Shown: in pieces, positions 24,255 to 34,512 of the stretch
Layout of the letters: each line of letters opens with the position of its first letter
Numbering within the stretch: position 1 is the stretch's first letter
Assembly (NCBI RefSeq): GCF_004010195.1
Contig: NW_025215300.1
Span: forward strand, 50,855 to 87,961
Reading direction: 5' to 3'
Source: Chiloscyllium plagiosum
Lineage: Eukaryota
Length of the DNA stretch: 37,107 bases
Translations under genes and position numbers: made by a program
Notes under the pieces: generated by a model
Seen by the model: the letters and a program-made list of their open reading frames with translations, nothing else
What the model was told of the DNA's origin: nothing
Database searches by the model: none

Positions 24255-25615
24255 GAAGAAAGACTGGAAGGGAGTTGTGAACGCAGCTCAGTCCGCTCTG
24301 CAGGCCACCCACTGACTGGGACCATCCTTCCTATGGCCTCGGAGATCCCTCCCACGCCGGTTACACTCTCTTCCATCAGGCCAGGAATTACAAAGTTTGA
24401 AATCACGTGCCAACAGATTCGACAAGAGCTTCTTCCCCGCTGTTATAGAGTCATGGAGATGTACAGCATGGAAACAGACCCTTCGGTCCAACCCGTCCAT
24501 GACGACCCAGGTATCCCAACCCAATCTAGTCCCACCTGCCAGCACCCGGTCCATATCCCTCCAAACCCTTCCTATTCATATACCCATCCAAATGCCTCTT
24601 AAATGTTGCAATTGTACCAGCCTCCACCACTTCCTCTGGCAGCTCATTCCATANNNNNNNNNNNNNNNNNNNNNNNNNNNNNNNNNNNNNNNNNNNNNNN
24701 NNNNNNNNNNNNNNNNNNNNNNNNNNNNNNNNNNNNNNNNNNNNNNNNNNNNNNNNNNNNNNNNNNNNNNNNNNNNNNNNNNNNNNNNNNNNNNNNNNNN
24801 NNNNNNNNNNNNNNNNNNNNNNNNNNNNNNNNNNNNNNNNNNNNNNNNNNNNNNNNNNNNNNNNNNNNNNNNNNNNNNNNNNNNNNNNNNNNNNNNNNNN
24901 NNNNNNNNNNNNNNNNNNNNNNNNNNNNNNNNNNNNNNNNNNNNNNNNNNNNNNNNNNNNNNNNNNNNNNNNNNNNNNNNNNNNNNNNNNNNNNNNNNNN
25001 NNNNNNNNNNNNNNNNNNNNNNNNNNNNNNNNNNNNNNNNNNNNNNNNNNNNNNNNNNNNNNNNNNNNNNNNNNNNNNNNNNNNNNNNNNNNNNNNNNNN
25101 NNNNNNNNNNNNNNNNNNNNNNNNNNNNNNNNNNNNNNNNNNNNNNNNNNNNNNNNNNNNNNNNNNNNNNNNNNNNNNNNNNNNNNNNNNNNNNNTGCAA
25201 ACTTACTAACTGTATCTCTTATGCTCGCATCCAAATCATTTATGTAAATGACAAAAAGTTCCTGCCTTTACCCAGCACCGATCCTTGTGGCACTCCACTG
25301 GTCACAGGCCTACAGTCTGAAAAACAACCCTCCACTACCACCCTCTGTCTTCTACCTTTGAGCCAGTTCTGTATCTAAATGGCTACTTCTCCCTGTATTC
25401 CATGAGATCTAACCTTGCTAACCAGTCTCCCATGGGGAACCATGTCAGACTTATGAACGGGACCTTACGTTGGTTAAGAGTTGGTCTTTCTCTGCACCTT
25501 CTCTGTGGCTGTAATCTTGCATTCTGTGGCCCTGACGTACTTATGTGTGGTAAGATTTGCCCGGACAGCAATATGTTTCAGTGTGTCTCGGTACACGGGA
25601 CGACGGTAAATCAAA
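24255..25615. mobile_element. Rex1/Babar-like LINE 3' fragment (+) split by a CR1 insertion (-, ~24447-25443) that spans an N gap
   Basis: ...AACAGATTCGACAAGAGCTTCTTCCCCGCTGTTAT (NRFDKSFFPAVI) stops at ~24446 and resumes as CAGACTTATGAACGG at ~25447. The insert matches CR1 at 9600-9790 and 10474-10710. Confidence 0.7.
24654..25195. other. Assembly gap (542 N)
   Basis: N run inside a CR1. Confidence 1.
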
Positions 25616-25858
25616 CCGAAAGGAGTTTCGGGTTTCTTGCCGCAAACACAAAACCGGACAGGGAACTCGAGACATCCCACCAGCCTCTGGGTCAAAGTTT
25701 CCCCTCGTGTCTTCTTCAGTTCTTCTCCCAGTCACGCTAGCTCGGTTTTCCTGGTAATCGCCCACTCTGCGAGGGGACACAGATCTCCCAAGCTCCTCGT
25801 GGTACCACAGACCTCGATTCAGTCACCTCTGGTTGAACGAAGTCGAAAAAAGTGTAGA

Positions 25859-26060
25859 TGGTTGGGCAGCGTCCGGGGAGCAGGAGAGTCGACGTTTTGG
25901 GCAAAAGCCCTTCATCAGGAATGGGGATCGCGAACGACGAAGGGCTTATGCCCAAAACATCGCCTCTCCTGCTTCCTCAGACGCTGCCTGACCTGCTGGG
26001 CTTTCCCAGCGTCACGTTTTGACTCTGATCTCGGGCAGCTGCAGTCCTGACTTTCTCCTG
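25859..26060. mobile_element. Short palindromic non-autonomous element with degenerate hammerhead-like cores (probably Penelope-derived)
   Basis: Inverted arms ~25859-25913 and ~25939-25993. The minus strand reads CTGATGAAGGGCTTTTGCCCAAAAC. Confidence 0.65.
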
Positions 26061-26511
26061 GTCTAGCCTCTCAGATCTGTCCTCATGATAATTCTCCAAG
26101 CCTGCCAATGTTCCTGCCTTTGCCCTCTCCTTGCAGCACCAATGCTGTCCTTCCAGTAACGTGGGGGGGCCAGACGGCAGACAGAACTGCTGCCCCTTTC
26201 ATTGTTTAGCTTAGACCTTCAGTGGGGAGTTTGTCGAATGCTTTCTTGAAGTCCACAGAAACAACATTTCCCTTTCCACCTCTGCACGGAGGTCCGTCAG
26301 GCTTGACCTACCCGTCACGAATCCACACTGGCTCTCACTCGTTAACCGCGCATTTTCAAAAGGTGCTCTGTTTGATTTTAGACTCCATTTGCCCCAACCT
26401 CAGACGTTCGGCTGACTGATCCGGTGTTCCCTGGTTTTCCATTTCTTAAAAGGAGGGGAGTGACACTTCCCAGCCCGGAGGGATGCCAGGGAACTCTGAA
26501 GGACTACAGGA

Positions 26512-27580
26512 TGGCACGGTGGCTCAGAGCTTAGCAGCGCTGCCTCACGGCGCCAGGGACCCGGGTTCGATTCCAGCCTCAGGCGACCGACTGTGTGGAG
26601 TTTGCACGTTCTCCCCCTGTCTGCCTGGGTTTCCTCCGGGTGCTCCGGTCTCCTCCCACAGTCCAAAGATGTTCAGGTTAGGGTGAATTGGCCGTGTTAA
26701 ATTACCCATATTGCTCAGGGATGTGCAGGTTAGGGTGAATTGGCCGTGTTAAATTACCCATAGTGCTCAGGGATGTGCAGTTTAGGGTGGATTGGCCGTG
26801 CTAAATTATCCATAGTGATCAGGGATGTGCAGGTTAGGGTGGATTGGCCATGCTAAATTACCCATAGTGCTCAGGGATGTGCAGTTTAGGGTGGATTGGC
26901 CGTGCTAAATTATCCCATAGTGATCAGGGATGTGCAGGTTAGGATGGATTGGCCATGCTAAATTACCCCATAGTGTTCAGGTATGTGCAGGTTAGATGCA
27001 TTAGTCACGAGGTCAATTCCTGGAATGGCGGGACTATCTTATGTTAAAAGATTGGAGCGACTGGGCTTGTATACCCTTGAGTTTAGAAGACTGAGAGTGG
27101 ATCTGATTGAGACATATAAAGATTATTAAAGAATTGGACACTCTGGAGGCAGGAAACATGTTTCCGCTGATGGGCGAGTCCCGAACCAGAGGACACAGCT
27201 TAAAAATAAGGGGGAGGCCATTTAGGACAGCGATGAGGAGAAACCTCTTCACCCAGAGAGTGGTGGATGTGTGGTATGCTCTGCCCCAGAAGGCTGTGGA
27301 GGTCCACTCTCTGGATTGGTTTAAGAAAGAGTTGGATAGAGCTCTCAAGGATAGTGGAGATAAGGCAGGAACAGGATACTGATTGAGGATGATCAGCCAG
27401 GATCATATTGAATGGTGGTGCAGGCTCGAAGGGCAGAATGGCCTACTCCTGCACCTATTGTCTATAAATGTAGAGTAATAGGGTAGGGGGGAAATGGGTC
27501 TGGGTGGGTTATTCTTTGGAGGGTTGGTGTGGACTATTTGGGCCGAAGGGTCTGTTTCCACACTGTAGGGAATCTATGAG
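26512..27580 (+). mobile_element. HE1-like SINE with about 6 internal 52-53-bp units, interrupted by a CR1 3' fragment (~27016-27465, +)
   Basis: Head at 26512, tandem units at 26668-27000, CR1 remnant ESRTRGHSLKIRG...FTQRVVDVWYALP, SINE tail resumes at ~27465. Confidence 0.88.
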
Positions 27581-27789
27581 TTGGAATGACCATGGTGTGA
27601 GTCCCTCCACCCTTTAAGACTTTTAGATGGAAGCCATCAGGCCCTGGGGGATTTGTCACTCTTCAATTCCATTAACCTCCCCATTACCCATGTTTAATTT
27701 TACTCCTCGGTCTTCGGGCAAGCCATCCTCCTTTTCCACTCTACATGTGGAGGTGAGCCAATTATATACTGTGTCAGCCATTTAGACAG

Positions 27790-28165
27790 AACACAATCCC
27801 TACAGTGAGGAAATGGCCATTCGGCCCAACACGCCCACACCAACCCACAAAAGAGTAACCCACCCAGACTCATTCCCTTACCTGACATTTACCCCTGACT
27901 AGTGCACCTAACTTGTACATCCCTGAGCACTACGGGTAATTTAGCATGGCCAATCCACCCTAACCTGCACATCCCTGAACACTATGGGTAATTTAAACAT
28001 GGCCAACCCACTCTAAGTTGCACATCTTTGGACTATGGGAGGAAACCCATGCAGACATGTAGAGAATGTGCAAACTCCACACACAGTCACCCAGAGGCTG
28101 GAATCGAGCCGAGGTCCCTGGCGCCGTGAGGCAGCGGTGCTAACCATAGAGCCCCCATACCACCC
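27790..28165 (-). mobile_element. HE1-like SINE
   Basis: Head near 28110-28150 on the minus strand; internal units and tail present. Confidence 0.85.
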
Positions 28166-28219
28166 AATACAGAAGGGCGCAACGTCTCAGCCAGCCACCC
28201 TGTGTCCCCGCCACCTTAC

Positions 28220-28319
28220 CTCGTCGAACGACCGGTGGGGCTTGATCACCATCTGCGACTGGTAAGCGGTCACCCGCACGTAGCTGGGGCTCTCTGGGAC
28301 ATCTGGGTGCTCGATGGCC
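28220..28319 (-). CDS. STARD7: STARD7 exon 6 (100 nt)
   Basis: cccag|(R)AIEHPDVPESPSYVRVTAYQSQMVIKPHRSFDE|gtaagg. Confidence 0.95.
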
Positions 28320-28573
28320 CTGGGTGTGGATGGAGAAAGATAAACACCTTCGCCTTCTGAGACGGGGGGGGGGGGGCAGACAATTGAGGGGGGGGGGGGG
28401 CAGACAATTGAAGCTCCAACCCGATCGGCCCTTCACACAGACTGCCAGGCAGACGGGGAACACATCCTGACCCTCAAAACATCTTCCCTGCCATACTGCA
28501 CAATGAGATGTAGAAAGCCTTTTTTTTGGGGGGGGGAAACGGGGAGAGAAAGGAAAAGCCGTCACATCCTCAC

Positions 28574-28656
28574 CTTGACACCAACACCATCAGATTGTGT
28601 TTCTGGTCCACCTGGTACCGTCGGATGTACAGATAGTCTCTCGAGTAAAAGGGATA
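28574..28656 (-). CDS. STARD7: STARD7 exon 5 (83 nt)
   Basis: cttccag|YPFYSRDYLYIRRYQVDQKHNLMVLVS(R)|gtgagg; START-domain RD motif. Confidence 0.95.
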
Positions 28657-29004
28657 CTGGAAGCAGAGACAAACAGGATTTAAAAAGCTCTCCCTGGGTC
28701 CGTTCCCTTTACATCTACCGCTGGAACCCAGGACACGCCCAGCTTTCTCTCTCGCGCTGGCCTTAATCACCAGCCATAAGGATCGCTGGATAATCCAAAT
28801 CAGCAAAAACTCTGACAGACATCCACCTTTCTACCCCCGAAACGTCCATTCTCCTGCTCCTCAGATGCTGCCTGACCTGCTGCGCTTTTCCAGCACCACA
28901 CTCCCTGACGCATCTTTCCCACTGTGTACTTTATGCAAGCTAAGTGTTCCTTTGCCGATTTCAGGCATTTCACGAGACTCCTCTGACATAATGTAGAGCA
29001 GCAC

Positions 29005-29210
29005 GGATCAGCATCCTGGGGGTTACCATTGACCAGAAACTGAACTGGACCAGCCCCATATAAACACAGCGGCTACAAGAGCAGCTCAGAGGCTGGGAAT
29101 CCTGCAGCGAGTAACTCCCCTCCTGACTCCCCCCAAAGTCTGTCCCCACCATCGACAAGGCCCAAGTCAGGAGGGGGTGAGGGAATACTCCCCACTTGCC
29201 CTGGATGGGG
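29005..29210 (+). mobile_element. Decayed LINE RT C-terminal fragment (L2/CR1 group)
   Basis: ILGVTIDQKLNWTS / HINTAATRAAQRLGILQRVTPLLTP / KAQVR...EYSPLA, read across frameshifts. Confidence 0.75.
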
Positions 29211-29212
29211 AG

Positions 29213-32200
29213 GTGAGTGAGTGAGTGAGTGAGTGAGTGAGTGAGTGAGTGAGTGAGTGAGTGAGTGAGTGAGTGAGTGAGTGAGTGAGTGAGTGAGTGA
29301 GTGAGTGAGTGAGTGAGTGAGTGAGTGAGTGAGTGAGTGAGTGAGTGAGTGAGTGAGTGAGTGAGTGAGTGAGTGAGTGAGTGAGTGAGTGAGTGAGTGA
29401 GTGAGTGAGTGAGTGAGTGAGTGAGTGAGTGAGTGAGTGAGTGAGTGAGTGAGTGAGTGAGTGAGTGAGTGAGTGAGTGAGTGAGTGAGTGAGTGAGTGA
29501 GTGAGTGAGTGAGTGAGTGAGTGAGTGAGTGAGTGAGTGAGTGAGTGAGTGAGTGAGTGAGTGAGTGAGTGAGTGAGTGAGTGAGTGAGTGAGTGAGTGA
29601 GTGAGTGAGTGAGTGAGTGAGTGAGTGAGTGAGTGAGTGAGTGAGTGAGTGAGTGAGTGAGTGAGTGAGTGAGTGAGTGAGTGAGTGAGTGAGTGAGTGA
29701 GTGAGTGAGTGAGTGAGTGAGTGAGTGAGTGAGTGAGTGAGTGAGTGAGTGAGTGAGTGAGTGAGTGAGTGAGTGAGTGAGTGAGTGAGTGAGTGAGTGA
29801 GTGAGTGAGTGAGTGAGTGAGTGAGTGAGTGAGTGAGTGAGTGAGTGAGTGAGTGAGTGAGTGAGTGAGTGAGTGAGTGAGTGAGTGAGTGAGTGAGTGA
29901 GTGAGTGAGTGAGTGAGTGAGTGAGTGAGTGAGTGAGTGAGTGAGTGAGTGAGTGAGTGAGTGAGTGAGTGAGTGAGTGAGTGAGTGAGTGAGTGAGTGA
30001 GTGAGTGAGTGAGTGAGTGAGTGAGTGAGTGAGTGAGTGAGTGAGTGAGTGAGTGAGTGAGTGAGTGAGTGAGTGAGTGAGTGAGTGAGTGAGTGAGTGA
30101 GTGAGTGAGTGAGTGAGTGAGTGAGTGAGTGAGTGAGTGAGTGAGTGAGTGAGTGAGTGAGTGAGTGAGTGAGTGAGTGAGTGAGTGAGTGAGTGAGTGA
30201 GTGAGTGAGTGAGTGAGTGAGTGAGTGAGTGAGTGAGTGAGTGAGTGAGTGAGTGAGTGAGTGAGTGAGTGAGTGAGTGAGTGAGTGAGTGAGTGAGTGA
30301 GTGAGTGAGTGAGTGAGTGAGTGAGTGAGTGAGTGAGTGAGTGAGTGAGTGAGTGAGTGAGTGAGTGAGTGAGTGAGTGAGTGAGTGAGTGAGTGAGTGA
30401 GTGAGTGAGTGAGTGAGTGAGTGAGTGAGTGAGTGAGTGAGTGAGTGAGTGAGTGAGTGAGTGAGTGAGTGAGTGAGTGAGTGAGTGAGTGAGTGAGTGA
30501 GTGAGTGAGTGAGTGAGTGAGTGAGTGAGTGAGTGAGTGAGTGAGTGAGTGAGTGAGTGAGTGAGTGAGTGAGTGAGTGAGTGAGTGAGTGAGTGAGTGA
30601 GTGAGTGAGTGAGTGAGTGAGTGAGTGAGTGAGTGAGTGAGTGAGTGAGTGAGTGAGTGAGTGAGTGAGTGAGTGAGTGAGTGAGTGAGTGAGTGAGTGA
30701 GTGAGTGAGTGAGTGAGTGAGTGAGTGAGTGAGTGAGTGAGTGAGTGAGTGAGTGAGTGAGTGAGTGAGTGAGTGAGTGAGTGAGTGAGTGAGTGAGTGA
30801 GTGAGTGAGTGAGTGAGTGAGTGAGTGAGTGAGTGAGTGAGTGAGTGAGTGAGTGAGTGAGTGAGTGAGTGAGTGAGTGAGTGAGTGAGTGAGTGAGTGA
30901 GTGAGTGAGTGAGTGAGTGAGTGAGTGAGTGAGTGAGTGAGTGAGTGAGTGAGTGAGTGAGTGAGTGAGTGAGTGAGTGAGTGAGTGAGTGAGTGAGTGA
31001 GTGAGTGAGTGAGTGAGTGAGTGAGTGAGTGAGTGAGTGAGTGAGTGAGTGAGTGAGTGAGTGAGTGAGTGAGTGAGTGAGTGAGTGAGTGAGTGAGTGA
31101 GTGAGTGAGTGAGTGAGTGAGTGAGTGAGTGAGTGAGTGAGTGAGTGAGTGAGTGAGTGAGTGAGTGAGTGAGTGAGTGAGTGAGTGAGTGAGTGAGTGA
31201 GTGAGTGAGTGAGTGAGTGAGTGAGTGAGTGAGTGAGTGAGTGAGTGAGTGAGTGAGTGAGTGAGTGAGTGAGTGAGTGAGTGAGTGAGTGAGTGAGTGA
31301 GTGAGTGAGTGAGTGAGTGAGTGAGTGAGTGAGTGAGTGAGTGAGTGAGTGAGTGAGTGAGTGAGTGAGTGAGTGAGTGAGTGAGTGAGTGAGTGAGTGA
31401 GTGAGTGAGTGAGTGAGTGAGTGAGTGAGTGAGTGAGTGAGTGAGTGAGTGAGTGAGTGAGTGAGTGAGTGAGTGAGTGAGTGAGTGAGTGAGTGAGTGA
31501 GTGAGTGAGTGAGTGAGTGAGTGAGTGAGTGAGTGAGTGAGTGAGTGAGTGAGTGAGTGAGTGAGTGAGTGAGTGAGTGAGTGAGTGAGTGAGTGAGTGA
31601 GTGAGTGAGTGAGTGAGTGAGTGAGTGAGTGAGTGAGTGAGTGAGTGAGTGAGTGAGTGAGTGAGTGAGTGAGTGAGTGAGTGAGTGAGTGAGTGAGTGA
31701 GTGAGTGAGTGAGTGAGTGAGTGAGTGAGTGAGTGAGTGAGTGAGTGAGTGAGTGAGTGAGTGAGTGAGTGAGTGAGTGAGTGAGTGAGTGAGTGAGTGA
31801 GTGAGTGAGTGAGTGAGTGAGTGAGTGAGTGAGTGAGTGAGTGAGTGAGTGAGTGAGTGAGTGAGTGAGTGAGTGAGTGAGTGAGTGAGTGAGTGAGTGA
31901 GTGAGTGAGTGAGTGAGTGAGTGAGTGAGTGAGTGAGTGAGTGAGTGAGTGAGTGAGTGAGTGAGTGAGTGAGTGAGTGAGTGAGTGAGTGAGTGAGTGA
32001 GTGAGTGAGTGAGTGAGTGAGTGAGTGAGTGAGTGAGTGAGTGAGTGAGTGAGTGAGTGAGTGAGTGAGTGAGTGAGTGAGTGAGTGAGTGAGTGAGTGA
32101 GTGAGTGAGTGAGTGAGTGAGTGAGTGAGTGAGTGAGTGAGTGAGTGAGTGAGTGAGTGAGTGAGTGAGTGAGTGAGTGAGTGAGTGAGTGAGTGAGTGA

Positions 32201-33182
32201 GTGAGTGAGTGAGTGAGTGAGTGAGTGAGTGAGTGAGTGAGTGAGTGAGTGAGTGAGTGAGTGAGTGAGTGAGTGAGTGAGTGAGTGAGTGAGTGAGTGA
32301 GTGAGTGAGTGAGTGAGTGAGTGAGTGAGTGAGTGAGTGAGTGAGTGAGTGAGTGAGTGAGTGAGTGAGTGAGTGAGTGAGTGAGTGAGTGAGTGAGTGA
32401 GTGAGTGAGTGAGTGAGTGAGTGAGTGAGTGAGTGAGTGAGTGAGTGAGTGAGTGAGTGAGTGAGTGAGTGAGTGAGTGAGTGAGTGAGTGAGTGAGTGA
32501 GTGAGTGAGTGAGTGAGTGAGTGAGTGAGTGAGTGAGTGAGTGAGTGAGTGAGTGAGTGAGTGAGTGAGTGAGTGAGTGAGTGAGTGAGTGAGTGAGTGA
32601 GTGAGTGAGTGAGTGAGTGAGTGAGTGAGTGAGTGAGTGAGTGAGTGAGTGAGTGAGTGAGTGAGTGAGTGAGTGAGTGAGTGAGTGAGTGAGTGAGTGA
32701 GTGAGTGAGTGAGTGAGTGAGTGAGTGAGTGAGTGAGTGAGTGAGTGAGTGAGTGAGTGAGTGAGTGAGTGAGTGAGTGAGTGAGTGAGTGAGTGAGTGA
32801 GTGAGTGAGTGAGTGAGTGAGTGAGTGAGTGAGTGAGTGAGTGAGTGAGTGAGTGAGTGAGTGAGTGAGTGAGTGAGTGAGTGAGTGAGTGAGTGAGTGA
32901 GTGAGTGAGTGAGTGAGTGAGTGAGTGAGTGAGTGAGTGAGTGAGTGAGTGAGTGAGTGAGTGAGTGAGTGAGTGAGTGAGTGAGTGAGTGAGTGAGTGA
33001 GTGAGTGAGTGAGTGAGTGAGTGAGTGAGTGAGTGAGTGAGTGAGTGAGTGAGTGAGTGAGTGAGTGAGTGAGTGAGTGAGTGAGTGAGTGAGTGAGTGA
33101 GTGAGTGAGTGAGTGAGTGAGTGAGTGAGTGAGTGAGTGAGTGAGTGAGTGAGTGAGTGAGTGAGTGAGTGAGTGAGTGAGT
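29213..33182. repeat. Perfect (GAGT)n/(ACTC)n tetranucleotide tract, 3970 bp (~992 units)
   Basis: No interruption visible across 66 sequence lines. Confidence 0.98.
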
Positions 33183-33808
33183 CAGGTGACACGGAGTGAG
33201 TGAGAGAGAGAGATGGTGAGTCAGGTGACACGGAGGGTGGGATGGGTCTGTCAGTGGCACGGAAGGGAAGGAGGGTGGACGTGGTTGGGGGGAGAGAGAG
33301 AAGAGAAGGGGTGAGCTCTAGACCAGGGCACCACAGGTGACCCATGCCAAGGTGGGAATGGGGGCCCCAAGGGTCACAGGTGTCAAGGGTCAGCATTAGA
33401 TCTCCAGCAAACGATGCCAGGCAGTCGGGGGAGAGTGCATGACGATGGGGTAACTGGCGGAGGTTATCGGTGGTAGTGGTGGTTGGGGGTGGGGCGGGGG
33501 AGCAGCAGGTCGTGTAGGGGCCTGGAGGCCTTTCGGTTCCCTCCCCCCACTACCCCGGAGCAGGTCAGGAGGTGGGGAAAAGGAGTCAACAAACCACGCC
33601 TGGAGGTCTGGACTCTCTCGCGTTCGGCCAGGAAGGGGAGAAAGCGCACTTTTGTGCTTTAAGGGGCTGTGTTCAGGAGGCAGTCACCGTGAGCGGGGAA
33701 AGCGAGATACAGTCAGACACACGCTGCAGACCGGAACCTTCCGGCTCTGGTACAGGGTTAACGCGCCAGGCCCAAGCGCCGCACACGCGTCCGATTCCGA
33801 AACCGTAC

Positions 33809-33858
33809 CTGCACATTGAAGAACTGCCGTGGGGTGACATCCATGTACGTCCCGAACA
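33809..33858 (-). CDS. STARD7: STARD7 exon 3 (50 nt)
   Basis: ccccacag|(V)FGTYMDVTPRQFFNVQ|gtacgg. Confidence 0.95.
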
Positions 33859-34081
33859 CTGTGGGGGGAGTGGGAGGGAACGATAAGGAACAAGAGAATT
33901 AAGACACGCCAACGAGAAGCTGACCCGCACCCCGGGGGCAAAGCTCGAGTGGCACCGCAATCCGGGCCCTCCACCCACCGACGCTCTGTGTGAACACGGC
34001 GGAAGTTCCCTCACCCCGCCGTCTACCGCTAGCCTGATGCTGTCCAGCTTCAGGCCACAGGGAGGCGCCGGTCGCTCTTAC

Positions 34082-34263
34082 CTCGGTACTGGTACAGGTG
34101 ACTGCCCGGAATGGGTCTGCGCCAGAGCCGGAAGTTGGGTCTCTCCATCACCAGCTGCCAGCCGCTGTCCTGCTGCCGCTGCCGTCGCTCGCAGTCCGCC
34201 CGCTCCTGGCTCCGGGTTTTCTCCACAACCGGAGCCTCCAGATTTCGGAAGTCGCTCAGGCAC
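34082..34263 (-). CDS. STARD7: STARD7 exon 2 (182 nt); exon 1 not found in the window
   Basis: ctcag|(R)CLSDFRNLE...GWQLVMERPNFRLWRRPIPGSHLYQYR|gtaaga; splice phase is compatible with exon 3. Confidence 0.9.
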
Positions 34264-34512
34264 CTGAGACGGGGGCGGGGGGGGGGGGGGGGGGGGAGGG
34301 GGAGCGGCGGGGGAAGTAGGGGGGGGCCTTTAGACGTCAAGAAACAGCGACCGAGTCCAAAAGGCGACCAAACCCCTCCGCTCCAGCCACGTCCAAACCA
34401 GCAGTCAACCATCTCCCTCCAGGAAAAAAAAGGGAGCATATGCCTCTCTCCCCCCCCCCCCCAATCCGCAATGAGCTAGCCGCCTTGTGTTCCCTCCCTC
34501 AATGAAACCAAG

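Noticed and set aside
26668..27000. Interstitial telomeric repeat
   Set aside because: Only one TTAGGG per 52-bp SINE unit, not tandem hexamers.
33320..33360. Candidate diverged STARD7 exon 4 (minus strand AWVTCG, resembling HWVTHF)
   Set aside because: Followed by a stop (ALV*), no upstream RKKWD similarity and no suitable donor site.
29073..33396. 1395-aa and 1409-aa (LTHS)n ORFs
   Set aside because: Translation of the (ACTC)n microsatellite, which has no stop codons on that strand.
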